Shown here one piece after another: positions 18,801 through 29,054 of a stretch of 64,000 nt of DNA. The translations under genes were made by a program, and so were the position numbers. The stretch's first letter is position 1. The number at the start of each line of letters is the position of its first letter. Under the pieces are notes generated by a model, which did not search any database, had not been told where the DNA came from, and was given only the letters and a program-made list of their open reading frames with translations. The stretch is taken from the IMG/VR virus record IMGVR_UViG_3300033183_000491, positions 124,001 through 188,000 of that record; one strand, written 5' to 3'.

Positions 18801-21330
18801 TAAATTCACTGTCTTCAAGAGTGCTTATAGATGTTTTAAACAAGTCTGAATATAGGAGACCTAGATATGGTTTACTGTTTTCTACATTATTTACTTTTTT
18901 TGATTTAGATTTAAATTCTTCAAGATAATCTAAAACACTTGATTGATTAGAATTATTTAATTTTATCTTTTTAAGATTAAAAAGACTGTTTCTAATATCG
19001 AAAGCTATTTTTACCCATCCATCTTTTTTAAACCCTACCTTTTTTAAACTTTCAATTGATAATTCTGTGTCATTTTTATCATCTTGATCAAAAGTTGAAG
19101 ATTGTAATATAACTCTATCACTTAAAAATTCGTTTTCTTTTGTTAAAGAATCGTCGTATTTTATAAATTTATCTTTTATTTTTTTAGAATCAAATTCATT
19201 TAAGGTATTTTCAAATAGAACAAATCCTTTAGACGAATATCCTAAACTAATTTCTTTTCGATCTTTTATAAATCTTGAATCGTCGTTGTATAAAGAAGGA
19301 TGAAAGTAATTAATTTTTGATGAATTGTATGCGGGAGTAAAATTATCTTCTTTGACATTAATCTCAAAAAAGGTAGATACCTTTTGATCTTCAAGAAAAT
19401 TTTCTCTATTATCTTCTATATCAAAAGTTCTTATTACAAAATCTTTATTTTTAAATTTTCCTTCTTTTTTATAATAGTCTCTTAAAGATCTTTGAATAAA
19501 GTCAAACTTAATCGGATTAATAAAATGTCTTTCATACTCGTCATTTACGTCAAAATCAGCTTTATCGCCAAGAGAACTCTCTTTATCCTTACGCAAGAAG
19601 TCATTTCCATCTAAGCAAACCTTTAGTATAGGTAAATTACCAACCAAGTCTATAGAAGAAAAATTATTTATAGGTGAATCATAATTTCTATTTAAAAAAT
19701 ATAAGAATTTTGTTGAATTTAAAATATTTTTACTGTTACTAAATCCTATAATTGTTTTATTTTCATTTATACCATGCTCAAAAAAGTCAAAATCTGTTTC
19801 ATATATTGAACTCTCTTTTTCGTCTCCTATGTTTACGATGAAATCACTTATAAGTCTAATCCTAGGGAACAACATCGGATTATAATATCTTGATTTTACA
19901 GTTTGATTAATAAAACCTGACTCATCTACGACGAATTTTTCTTTTAAAAATAAATCAGGTGAAGCAGATCTTGTAGAAGAATGTTTAAACGATAGTGATT
20001 TTTCACTAAGAATATTAGTTAAGTACAGACTATCTTGAAATACTTCATATGATTTTTGATTTAAAGAAGATATTTTTCCATTTCCATCTTTCTTAAATCT
20101 TTCTAAAGAATTAAACCTAGGATATTTGTTCAAGTTAAAAAAATCTTTATTTGAAATACTTAAAGAATAAGCATCATCATTGTTATAGCTATTTAAAACA
20201 TTATTACTATTAGTCTCGATTGAAATAATACTATTTAATTTTATATAAGGGACTTGATTAAATGATAGACTGTCAACGAATCTTAAAAGATCATTTCCTG
20301 ATGTTGATTCCAAACTCTTATCAGACCAAAAATCATATGATAAAGAATCTTTATAAAATCCATTCAAAGATAAGCTTGTATTTAGTAAAATCTGACCAAT
20401 TAATCTATCAGAATTAATAGGTATTTTATTTTCTGAAGAATTTTTTAAATAACTTTCCTTCGAATCATGTAAAGAAACAAGTAAATCAAATATTTCATGC
20501 GACGAGTGTTCTGATCTAAAAGTAAACTCTTCAGTATTATAAAAAAAACTATCTATATTTCTATTAGATTCTTTTATATTTTGATCACCCCTAAATAAAT
20601 CAATGTTACTATTATCAATCAATTCAAAAGCTAATTTTCCTAACGAGGAAGACGAGTTTCCATTTAGGTAGAAATCAGATATCTTATTACCAAAATTGTA
20701 GTTTGTTCTTATTAAGTCAATCTTTTCTAAAGTATTGTCAACACTAGAATAAACTAAATTTAAATTGTTATTAAGGGACGTTAGATTATTTATATGATCT
20801 TCTCTTAAAAATTCACTATTTTCGCTTTTGATGAAATATCTTTCACTATTAGGTTTTTGAATATTATTCAGATAATCTTTTTTAAGATTAAATATTTCAT
20901 CTGAATATATGCTACATTGATTTGTAAGTCTGCCATTTTCATTAATGATAGATTTAGCTTTTACAATTTCATGACTTAAAACATTAGGTAAACTAATATT
21001 GTTAAAAGAATCTTCGTTTGAAGACAATATTTTTGATAAATTATTTAGTATAAAATTGTAACTATCAATGTCGCTATTTTGAAAATAAAAGTCTCTTTGA
21101 GATTGATTTGATACTAGAAAATTAATTGCATTATTAGATGACTCTGTTTGACCGATTAAATGATCTTTTTCTGTAATATCAAGAACGTCTCGAATCGATC
21201 TTTCTTGAGCCTGTCTCGATGTAGATTCTAATTCTCTTGCATTAGGGATCGAACTAGATATAGTCTCTCTTACAAGATTATAACTTTGAGGTCGTGCTTG
21301 ATTATTTACGCCTGATATGTTAATTGACAT
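15850..21330 (-). CDS. Very large hypothetical protein (1826 aa, N/S/D/K/I-rich), probably virion-associated
   Basis: Long ORF with SD AAGG inside the structural block; no recognisable catalytic motif. Confidence 0.7.
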   Translation of the reverse strand: MSINISGVNNQARPQSYNLVRETISSSIPNARELESTSRQAQERSIRDVLDITEKDHLIGQTESSNNAINFLVSNQSQRDFYFQNSDIDSYNFILNNLSKILSSNEDSFNNISLPNVLSHEIVKAKSIINENGRLTNQCSIYSDEIFNLKKDYLNNIQKPNSERYFIKSENSEFLREDHINNLTSLNNNLNLVYSSVDNTLEKIDLIRTNYNFGNKISDFYLNGNSSSSLGKLAFELIDNSNIDLFRGDQNIKESNRNIDSFFYNTEEFTFRSEHSSHEIFDLLVSLHDSKESYLKNSSENKIPINSDRLIGQILLNTSLSLNGFYKDSLSYDFWSDKSLESTSGNDLLRFVDSLSFNQVPYIKLNSIISIETNSNNVLNSYNNDDAYSLSISNKDFFNLNKYPRFNSLERFKKDGNGKISSLNQKSYEVFQDSLYLTNILSEKSLSFKHSSTRSASPDLFLKEKFVVDESGFINQTVKSRYYNPMLFPRIRLISDFIVNIGDEKESSIYETDFDFFEHGINENKTIIGFSNSKNILNSTKFLYFLNRNYDSPINNFSSIDLVGNLPILKVCLDGNDFLRKDKESSLGDKADFDVNDEYERHFINPIKFDFIQRSLRDYYKKEGKFKNKDFVIRTFDIEDNRENFLEDQKVSTFFEINVKEDNFTPAYNSSKINYFHPSLYNDDSRFIKDRKEISLGYSSKGFVLFENTLNEFDSKKIKDKFIKYDDSLTKENEFLSDRVILQSSTFDQDDKNDTELSIESLKKVGFKKDGWVKIAFDIRNSLFNLKKIKLNNSNQSSVLDYLEEFKSKSKKVNNVENSKPYLGLLYSDLFKTSISTLEDSEFIKTSGGENYKNFDFSEGGDIKNTVDYFVDGNENIVFPINKDQLKDFISLYYTDSEFKTSSILIQHLIKNIHNIFKDSFDSSFTPEDRMNLCYDKLISDAIMHDQNKDMSDVMISSALMSYKNLFVNKEDFNELNELSNNSYEKYIKSVYSFENIQRQKSYTLRTVEFPTTYFTLNQNFPSQNSEYYNPENVYFGESGYRFDILDHDFDFGVLPGSTYTLSFPFISSKYCTYIDVTDMGCSSYRIRDTSNENKLGYLIVDYNRFKYFNGGYSGEGLYEFVYSQFYNYDVYLNNGIDVTGELGNTKTSFNYNDNEAIIDLIYRSSKGVNSDESLRSFYMDQETNYYGKLQLVTENRKSFSGDNPKSIDDLQDNLDGYYTSRKEKIKDYSLKNLDNQSPFKSFLNNFIIESLKYTKTNFIEDINNISSIEEIFSYVKDSSKESKAIFDLIKIACNIYSSIFDLVIEGSIIKSIPKFLDDYDLNQYNISLKNDMWNKDIFDLLGIDKLVSSGNYKYKWDSKFSESDERFLDIMFTKFHADFLNIEKSLNNSDLVEIMSFDSISSYLVELEKLNNNPSSVLSIIENTNNLDNILDSSNTKNIIRSDIRLNLVSKKLNDYYYYQTKEFSKFIDKINLDPRKDLKQNFDELLKDNTIEYFSTFIENEECISKLSNQGSLLLNNLNTRYDIIRLGIDYDLAEVLSDKRILKLKFNIINHKYPNIYIPSIYKFYTPILTEITPSHVKLLEGSRDYNEGIFIDDFIAYYDTSKRDLKERYNVESFSFVNSFIQKRLLEKVNNERLFRLEKDILSFGVSEKNNMSIKIVTDSLMSNAVKYSNKKTQVNIDENHILSFNEGTNTIEDVSIGLFESMPERDFEQTFLENYEKSQTVISEINDFNGKIKTIESQSHFIEFFKNISKYSNISNVSQIFEDNRLYDIFSVQIGRNDIYNIIKNYYQENEEIIRLIGDEENILFNDFFDSFSYIIESEVI

Positions 21331-21344
21331 TTGATAATTAACCT

Positions 21345-24017
21345 TTATTTATAGTAAAGTTTTAAATTAGATATTTTAGTATTTTCATCTAGTAAATATG
21401 TTTTATTTGAAATGGTCTCTTCTAAACTATAATCTTTTTTAATATAATTGTTTATTAAAATTATATTCGAATTCTTATTATCTTCAATGACAGTAACACA
21501 AAATCTTTCTAATATGTTTTTAAAATATAATCTTTTATTATCACCCCAAATATTATTAAGTCTATCAACAACCCTATCAGACAATGTATGATTCTTGTTA
21601 GTGTGAGGACTATAAATCAAAAGATTATCGTTTTTAATTTTAAAACGTAAGTTATTAAACGAAAAAATACATTCTGGGTCTAAATAAACTGAGTCATTAA
21701 TAACTCTTTCAGAAATCTTTAGATTCGGCTTATTTATTGAATTATGATCAAAAGCTAACGTAACTAAATAAGAAATATTAAATCTCAAATTATCATAATT
21801 TTTATTTTCTAAGTCTTTTAATAGGCCTTTAATATCGAATTTAGCTATTAATTGATCTCTTTTTTTCTTGAAGATTACTATTGTATTGTTTTCTATTTTA
21901 AAATTGTTGAAAAATTCAAAATTTCTTTTGTCGCTAAAATTTTCTTTTGATATATTATTTAATTCCTTATTTGAATTAGAAATTGATAATCTAACACCTT
22001 CGTTTTCAAAGTTATCCTCTATAGGATTTTGTAAATTTTCATTCTCGTTATTTAAGTCTTCATTGAGAATAAAAGATTTTTCAAGCCTTTTAGAACTTAA
22101 TTTAAAAATTTCTTGAAATATTAATGTCTCGGATTTATTATAAGATTTAGAAAACAGGTATTTATTAATAATATTATTAACTTTTCTATATTTTCTCGGG
22201 AAAGATTCATTCAAGAAAACAGCAACACTTTCCTTATCTTCGTCTAACTCTGAATCATTTAATATTTTTTGAAGCATCCCATCAGGAAAAGTAATAGTGT
22301 CTATTTTAAGAACAGCATTCTTGTTATTTCCACTAAAATTAGTGAATTCATACTTAATATCTCCATTAATATCGACTAAATCAGACATTTTTCTATAATG
22401 TATTTCTTCGTAAAACTCATTTTGTGAAGTATTATAATTTACTGAATATTTTATTATTGAATTGCTCATTACATCTTCTAAAAGATAATCATTACTATCT
22501 GTATTATACCCTAAATCTTTTAAATGATTGTTTTTGCTTAATAATTTGCTTTTATTTAATGACATTTTGGGCATGTCAAGTGATAAATTTACTTGACTAA
22601 CTAAATCGTTACTAACAAAGTCAGTATTTCTATTTGTTCTATCTGATAGTAGAAAATTAGAACTAAAAGAGTCATATTTAAATGTTTTACCAAAATTTAA
22701 ATTTGGTCTTATTGAGTTAAAATCATTACGTTGAAAATCGTCTATAGACAAATTATTTTCTATTAAAGGATAAACTTGAATTCCTTTAAATTTAATGATT
22801 ATACCATTTTGATTTAGGTCTTGTTTTTTAACATAAAATATATTACTGTTTTCATTTGGAAAGAAAACATTAAAACTAAATTCTTTATTTGAGTTTGAAA
22901 GAATAACAGAAGATTCATTAAACGATAAAGTCGTATAAACTTTATCAATTTGAGTTCCACTTAACGACAAAACAAATTTTGACTCATCCAATTCAGTTAA
23001 TAAAAAACTTTTGTCTAATACGTTAAACTTTAATCTAATACTATCTAATTGGTTAATTACTTCAATTATATTTCTAAAATAGTACTTAAGAAAATTGTAT
23101 TTGAATTTTTTAAAATAAGACTTATATAAAGATAAAATTTTACTTTTAGAAATAGTTTTTTCTTTAAGGATTAAATCATTCTTGTAAGAAAATTGCAAAG
23201 AAAGAGTTTTATTATCTTCATCTACATCTAGTAGATTTTCATATAGTGAATATATTAAATCTGATCTAAATTCTTCTAATAATCTAGTAGAAAAACCAGA
23301 TATGTCAGGATATGTAAATGTTTTATTTGTTCCGTTTATTGTTATAGACAAAGATAGTCTACTTAAATTAAAATCATTTATATCTTCTAAAATAGGATTA
23401 TAAACAACACGTGGTCCATTTTCATTATTATTAGAATAATCTTCAAAGTTAATATCTAGTGAATTAGTTAAAAAATTAATGACTTCATCGTTAAAATCTT
23501 CTGACAAATAGTCTTTAAATCTTATATTTTTATTTTGTTTAAAGAGATAATTTTCAATAACATTTTTTTTATTATCTAAAAAAAAGACTTTAAAGCTATG
23601 AGCAGCACTTTCTAAAAGATCATTTAGAATATTGTCATTAGGATTTTCGCTTTCTAAATAAGCGTTATATATGTTCTCTGGAACAACTTGATAAATATCT
23701 GATAATTTTTTTGAAAAAGTATATTCTTCATATGTTCTATCGCTATTTATATTCAAGATGATTGAATCATTTTCGTATTTATATAATCTTAATTTTCTTT
23801 TGTCATTCCTAGATACAAGATTCCTATATGAAGAAATAAATCCTTCGCTTGCATCTTTAGAATATTCTAAATCTTTTGTTTTAATAACACAGATTTTAAT
23901 ATACCTTATATTCTTTGTCCTTAAAGAGTTATTATTTAAAACAAAAGTAAAATATAAATTGTTTCCATCTGAATTTATATTTTCTACGCTAAATGATTTT
24001 ATTACTGTATTACTCAT
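21345..24017 (-). CDS. Large hypothetical protein (890 aa), probably virion-associated
   Basis: TAATG stop/start overlap with the upstream gene at 24017; no recognisable motif. Confidence 0.7.
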   Translation of the reverse strand: MSNTVIKSFSVENINSDGNNLYFTFVLNNNSLRTKNIRYIKICVIKTKDLEYSKDASEGFISSYRNLVSRNDKRKLRLYKYENDSIILNINSDRTYEEYTFSKKLSDIYQVVPENIYNAYLESENPNDNILNDLLESAAHSFKVFFLDNKKNVIENYLFKQNKNIRFKDYLSEDFNDEVINFLTNSLDINFEDYSNNNENGPRVVYNPILEDINDFNLSRLSLSITINGTNKTFTYPDISGFSTRLLEEFRSDLIYSLYENLLDVDEDNKTLSLQFSYKNDLILKEKTISKSKILSLYKSYFKKFKYNFLKYYFRNIIEVINQLDSIRLKFNVLDKSFLLTELDESKFVLSLSGTQIDKVYTTLSFNESSVILSNSNKEFSFNVFFPNENSNIFYVKKQDLNQNGIIIKFKGIQVYPLIENNLSIDDFQRNDFNSIRPNLNFGKTFKYDSFSSNFLLSDRTNRNTDFVSNDLVSQVNLSLDMPKMSLNKSKLLSKNNHLKDLGYNTDSNDYLLEDVMSNSIIKYSVNYNTSQNEFYEEIHYRKMSDLVDINGDIKYEFTNFSGNNKNAVLKIDTITFPDGMLQKILNDSELDEDKESVAVFLNESFPRKYRKVNNIINKYLFSKSYNKSETLIFQEIFKLSSKRLEKSFILNEDLNNENENLQNPIEDNFENEGVRLSISNSNKELNNISKENFSDKRNFEFFNNFKIENNTIVIFKKKRDQLIAKFDIKGLLKDLENKNYDNLRFNISYLVTLAFDHNSINKPNLKISERVINDSVYLDPECIFSFNNLRFKIKNDNLLIYSPHTNKNHTLSDRVVDRLNNIWGDNKRLYFKNILERFCVTVIEDNKNSNIILINNYIKKDYSLEETISNKTYLLDENTKISNLKLYYK

Positions 24018-25018
24018 TATTCAATCACCAATGTAAACATATTGACAAAACTATAGTCATTATTAATTTTGTAAGTATATCTTTTGTTGTTTGAATTAAT
24101 TTCTTCTTTAATACTACTAGACAAATATACTTTTCCTACCAAATAAACATTTTTAAAATTATATTCTTTTTTATCATAAAACTCACCAATATTTATAAAT
24201 GATAATTTTTCTAATTTATTTGTATCACTTTCATTATTAACTAATCGATGTAATTCAAACAAAAATACGTCTTCGTCGATCATTTTGTCTTCGTTGAGAA
24301 TATATTCTAATTTAAATAATTCATCGCTTGATTTTATCATATTTAAAATATTTACAATATAGTCATTCTTATTAGTAAAATCAGGTAAATCCTGATTGAT
24401 ACTTAAACTTTTAAAAATATGATCAATATTACTTGAATTACTTTGATTGTTTTCAATTTTAAAAGAATTTCTAGGAGGTAAAACTTTATTTCTAGTTTTA
24501 TCTATAAATCTTTTATCATTTTTAATATAATCAATATTTGTCAAATTAACTGATGTATATTTGATTGTTGGATAAGAAAAAGAAGATTGGTTAAAATTAA
24601 ATTCTCCATTATTTTCATGTAAATAATCAAAGTTTATTTCTCTATTATCATAATCTGAAGATAGATTTTTATTGTCTATATACTTTAATTCTACCAATGA
24701 ATCAGATAATGTTCTGTTTGTTTGTTTATTTGTGAATAATAAGTTATCATCAATTTGGTCAAAACTTATAATAGAAGACAAACTGTATTCAGGATTTAAT
24801 ATATTATTAACATTTGTATCTACTTCGAAAGGAAGAAAATTATTTAGATTAGAAACCTTGAAGCTTTTTTCTGTATTCAAGTCTTCATTGTAAACAATAC
24901 TACTATCAGAAAAGGTGTAATATTTTAAATCAAATGTTCCTAAAGATAATTTATCCCGACCAAACTCAGTAAGCTTATAATCTATTAGTCTTTTATCTTT
25001 TTCTAGAAATCCCGACAT
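24017..25018 (-). CDS. Putative structural protein
   Basis: N-terminal IDYKLTEFGRDKL...YYTFSDSSIVY is paralogous to 13413..14168; SD AAGGA. Confidence 0.6.
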   Translation of the reverse strand: MSGFLEKDKRLIDYKLTEFGRDKLSLGTFDLKYYTFSDSSIVYNEDLNTEKSFKVSNLNNFLPFEVDTNVNNILNPEYSLSSIISFDQIDDNLLFTNKQTNRTLSDSLVELKYIDNKNLSSDYDNREINFDYLHENNGEFNFNQSSFSYPTIKYTSVNLTNIDYIKNDKRFIDKTRNKVLPPRNSFKIENNQSNSSNIDHIFKSLSINQDLPDFTNKNDYIVNILNMIKSSDELFKLEYILNEDKMIDEDVFLFELHRLVNNESDTNKLEKLSFINIGEFYDKKEYNFKNVYLVGKVYLSSSIKEEINSNNKRYTYKINNDYSFVNMFTLVIE

Positions 25019-25044
25019 TTATATAGTCCTTCTAACATAATACA

Positions 25045-28000
25045 TTAAATATCTAAAAATGTTAAGTTGTCTGTACTATAATATGAATTTTTATTTGTAT
25101 TAAAACTTAATAATTCTTCGCCTGATATTATACTAAAGTTTTCATATAATACATTTGGTCCAGATTTTTTCAAGCTTATGTCACAAGATTTAAATTTACC
25201 AGGAACAGTTATATCAAAATTAATTTTATATATTTCTGATGCACTCTCAGAATCATTATAAGAAGATTCAACATTAAAATCAGATATTGAATTTACTGAA
25301 AGAATAATTTGGTCAACGATGTCAAATATTCTTTTTTTAACATCATTGAATTTTGGTGGCAAAGTTGTATCAAAATTTAAATTTTCAAAATCATCAGTTA
25401 TACTTTCAGGAAAATTTAAATAATAGTAATAGTCATCATTCTCATATACTAGACCAGAAGGTAATCCATTTGTATATGCTAATTTGTCATCTGCTATCTG
25501 AAGTATGAACTTTACTTTTTTTGAATCATTGTCAGTAATATCAAATTTTAGCTGATGTATATCTGATGAATAATTTCCACTTATATCTTCCCAAGAAAAA
25601 ACATCTTTTTCTAAGAAAATCTTTTCTAATAAGAAATTCTTTCCAGTAAAACTTTGTATATTAGTAAAATCTAAAGATATACTTCCCGAAACTTTACATG
25701 GATCTTTTTGAAGATAGTATCCCTTCATGAATCTTTTATTAACATTCTTATACTTAGAATCTATGAAGTCATAAATTGTATTATATAACAACTTGTCAGA
25801 TATCATCCCATATTTAGTCTTGTTGAAATAATGTTTAAGAATATAAATAGAATTAAGATTTTCTGCTATTTTATAATAATCGCTTTTAATATCTAACCCA
25901 TTTCTAAAGATTGACTGTAAATTGTAATCTTCATTACTGTAAGATCCATCATTTACATTAGGAAGACTAAATCTATCACCAAGTTTAATTTTATTTTTTG
26001 ATGAATTTATCTTTTTTGTAATAGTAAATCCACTTCTTCCAAAAGAATTCCTGTCATAATAGTTTTGTTCAATTATTGGACTATTACTTCCGAATTTATC
26101 TACAACTTCTAAATTAGAAAATCCTATTCTCTTAGATCTTTTATATTTTTTTATAGATTTATTAGTAATTTTCTTTTTGGAATCATTTTCTAAGTAATGT
26201 CCAATCAAATGAACTTTAAATGGATAATTTTCTGAATTTGATATTTTAACTAAGTCTTCGCCAAATCTTACATTATTTGGTAAATCTTCGTCTTCATGGG
26301 TTTTAAAAGAAGGTGTCAAAGAGACACCAAAAACTAATCTATCTTCAGGAAGAAGAATATAGTTACTTTCTTCATAAGAATTTTCATTAATATTAATTTG
26401 AACACCATTTACATCATTAATTGTCTCTTTTGTTCCAGAATTATCTAAATTTTCTCCTGGTAGAGATCTTTTAGAATCAATATCAATATTAGTACGATTA
26501 CCTTCAGGTTTTTCAGGGTAAATATTAAATTTAGTAAACTTAGATAAATTTTTGTTCTTATAAAAGTGTTTAACAGGAGAAATAACCATTATTTTTTCAT
26601 CTGTATAAATACATTCTGAATTATTGTTTTCGTCTTGAAGAGGTGTCTGAGATTTGTTAATTACTAAATCAACTGTTTCTGTAATTTTGTCTAAATTAAT
26701 AATATGATTATCTGGATTATTCTTCCCAGCAGAATAATTTGCTATTGTAATTGAAGATATTAAGTCTCTTTGTTGAAGACTGTTTGTTTTGTTATCGATT
26801 CCGTCAATCTCGTTTAGATGGATATACTGGCTTTCATGAATACTGTCACCAAGAACTTGTCCATGATAAGACATGTCACTAATTTCAGATTCATTAAAAG
26901 TTCTATTTTCTTCTTTATTGTTTGTAGTAAAAATTGAATCATTACTGTAATCAATTGGACTTATCGTTAATGTATTTTCATCTTGATCATAATACCTTGT
27001 AGTTAAAGAATCCTTTAAAACAGAAGTATTTAGATTACCTTTTTGATTTATTAAAAAGAAATTAACAAAATTTATACTAGGAGTGATATCACTAATACCT
27101 GAAGTTAAAGACCAATTTGACATTGTTAACTCTAAGCATATCTTTTCTATTACAAAAGGTTTTGTAATATATTCTGATGCGTTTATTGTATGTCTATCTT
27201 TAGGACTAAACTTTGATTCATGTGGAAATCCAAAATTATTAATTGGGATAGATCCGTAAGATACTTTTTTAATATTATCTGATTCTTGTGGATTAGAAAC
27301 TATGTCTAAGACAATATTTCTGGGGGTTATCCCGCTAAAACAAATAGGAGATTTTTCTATAAAGGTTCCGATATCTGACTTATAATCTGATGAGATGTTT
27401 CCTAAATAATCATAAGGTCCAAAATTATTCTTTATATACTTTGGGTTGTAAAAATATGCTGTATTACCATTAAAAGAATAATAAGATGTTCCGTCTGGAA
27501 AAGAAATTTGTCTAGTATTTTCATTCTTACTAAAAGACAAATATAAATCAAAATTATTGCTTTTTCTTAAATTGTAATCCAAAGTAATTATATCATTATC
27601 CTCAAGAGAACTAAAGTCCCCTGAAGTAGTAATATTACTTTCATCAATATTTTCAAATCTTCCTTTTAATTGAAGATTTCCAGTTTCTTCATAACAGACA
27701 TAGCTTGAATCTAAATAGTTTTCTTTTAGTAAATGGTTATACACAAAAATTTCAGGACTTTGTGTTGAAATTTCTAAATCTTCGTCGTTAATTGAAATTT
27801 TGTTAGGAGAAGATAAAACTTTGTTTTGTTCTAAAAAATTTATATCATTTAAATATTTTTGTTCAATTCCGAATCTTAGAGATACTTCTTTTTCAATAAA
27901 ATTTATTGTTTTATTATCATCGTAAGGTTTTGAAGAATCATTACTAGTATCACCATGAATTATTTCGTTAGAAAAGAAGTCATGAGACAGATCTTGATTA

Positions 28001-28122
28001 ACTTTTAATTTTCTAGTATCATAAGTCATAACTCCAGATTTAAACATACTGTTAACTAAACCTGAACTTTGGTTGATTTTATTGTAACCAAAACTATTTG
28101 TTTTATGTCTTATTTTTGGCAT
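25045..28122 (-). CDS. Large hypothetical structural protein (1025 aa)
   Basis: TAATG overlap with the upstream gene at 28122; beta-rich composition; structural context. Confidence 0.65.
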   Translation of the reverse strand: MPKIRHKTNSFGYNKINQSSGLVNSMFKSGVMTYDTRKLKVNQDLSHDFFSNEIIHGDTSNDSSKPYDDNKTINFIEKEVSLRFGIEQKYLNDINFLEQNKVLSSPNKISINDEDLEISTQSPEIFVYNHLLKENYLDSSYVCYEETGNLQLKGRFENIDESNITTSGDFSSLEDNDIITLDYNLRKSNNFDLYLSFSKNENTRQISFPDGTSYYSFNGNTAYFYNPKYIKNNFGPYDYLGNISSDYKSDIGTFIEKSPICFSGITPRNIVLDIVSNPQESDNIKKVSYGSIPINNFGFPHESKFSPKDRHTINASEYITKPFVIEKICLELTMSNWSLTSGISDITPSINFVNFFLINQKGNLNTSVLKDSLTTRYYDQDENTLTISPIDYSNDSIFTTNNKEENRTFNESEISDMSYHGQVLGDSIHESQYIHLNEIDGIDNKTNSLQQRDLISSITIANYSAGKNNPDNHIINLDKITETVDLVINKSQTPLQDENNNSECIYTDEKIMVISPVKHFYKNKNLSKFTKFNIYPEKPEGNRTNIDIDSKRSLPGENLDNSGTKETINDVNGVQININENSYEESNYILLPEDRLVFGVSLTPSFKTHEDEDLPNNVRFGEDLVKISNSENYPFKVHLIGHYLENDSKKKITNKSIKKYKRSKRIGFSNLEVVDKFGSNSPIIEQNYYDRNSFGRSGFTITKKINSSKNKIKLGDRFSLPNVNDGSYSNEDYNLQSIFRNGLDIKSDYYKIAENLNSIYILKHYFNKTKYGMISDKLLYNTIYDFIDSKYKNVNKRFMKGYYLQKDPCKVSGSISLDFTNIQSFTGKNFLLEKIFLEKDVFSWEDISGNYSSDIHQLKFDITDNDSKKVKFILQIADDKLAYTNGLPSGLVYENDDYYYYLNFPESITDDFENLNFDTTLPPKFNDVKKRIFDIVDQIILSVNSISDFNVESSYNDSESASEIYKINFDITVPGKFKSCDISLKKSGPNVLYENFSIISGEELLSFNTNKNSYYSTDNLTFLDI

Positions 28123-29045
28123 TAATCTATACTTTCGCTAAATAAAAAAGAACTTGTCCCAGAAGACAAAGAGTAATCATAATTTTTTCCTCTTGGAGAA
28201 TATAAAATCGACTCTTCGACTGCTTTGTTTATATCTCTATTTTCCAATATAGTATTGTTTATAACTTCGTCTGTAAATACATATCTATTAAATTTATTCT
28301 CTAAAGATTTTTGATTTTCGTTATAAGATTTATCAATAAATGGACTGATATGTTTTTCTTCATATGCGAAATACCTAACTTCAGGTGATTTAATATTTTT
28401 CTTGACATATGTCACTGTGTTTATAATCACACCATTGATAGGATTAACATTTTGATTAATTTTACTAACAACAATCTCGTCTAATTCGTTAAAGATAAAA
28501 CTGGGATTTACGTTATCTTCATAATGATATACAGTAGGATCAAATTTTGAATAATGACTTTGGATATTTAAATTATTGCCAAAAGCATCAGAAGATTTCC
28601 CTAACATATCTCCTCTAAAACCTTTAAGTTTATCAATATGATCTTCTGACATTTGAATTTTTTTAATGTTACCAAAAACATCGACTCTATTCGTTCTAGT
28701 AAAAAAATTATCGTAATTAAAAGAAAAAGGATATACTGAATCTGGCAAATTATGATTATTTATAATAATTTCAGATGAAAAAGAGTTTCTATCTACAAAT
28801 GGAGATTCCTCATATGGATGGCTTTTAAATCCTATTTTTATACTTGAAAACTTGTTTTTAACCTTAACAAATTTTCTCGTAGGAGTATCTAAAAAAGGCT
28901 CTAAATTAAAACTTTCAGAATAAAGCTCGTTATATTTCTCTTCTGTTATATAAATTTCATTTGTATCTATAGTATTAGACTTTTTAAAATTAAATCTAAT
29001 TCTTTTACTATTTTGATAACTTTGGAATCTTGATAAGTTTCTCAT
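28122..29045 (-). CDS. Hypothetical protein (307 aa)
   Basis: SD AAGGA upstream; translationally coupled to the next gene. Confidence 0.65.
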   Translation of the reverse strand: MRNLSRFQSYQNSKRIRFNFKKSNTIDTNEIYITEEKYNELYSESFNLEPFLDTPTRKFVKVKNKFSSIKIGFKSHPYEESPFVDRNSFSSEIIINNHNLPDSVYPFSFNYDNFFTRTNRVDVFGNIKKIQMSEDHIDKLKGFRGDMLGKSSDAFGNNLNIQSHYSKFDPTVYHYEDNVNPSFIFNELDEIVVSKINQNVNPINGVIINTVTYVKKNIKSPEVRYFAYEEKHISPFIDKSYNENQKSLENKFNRYVFTDEVINNTILENRDINKAVEESILYSPRGKNYDYSLSSGTSSFLFSESID

Positions 29046-29054
29046 TCATCATCC

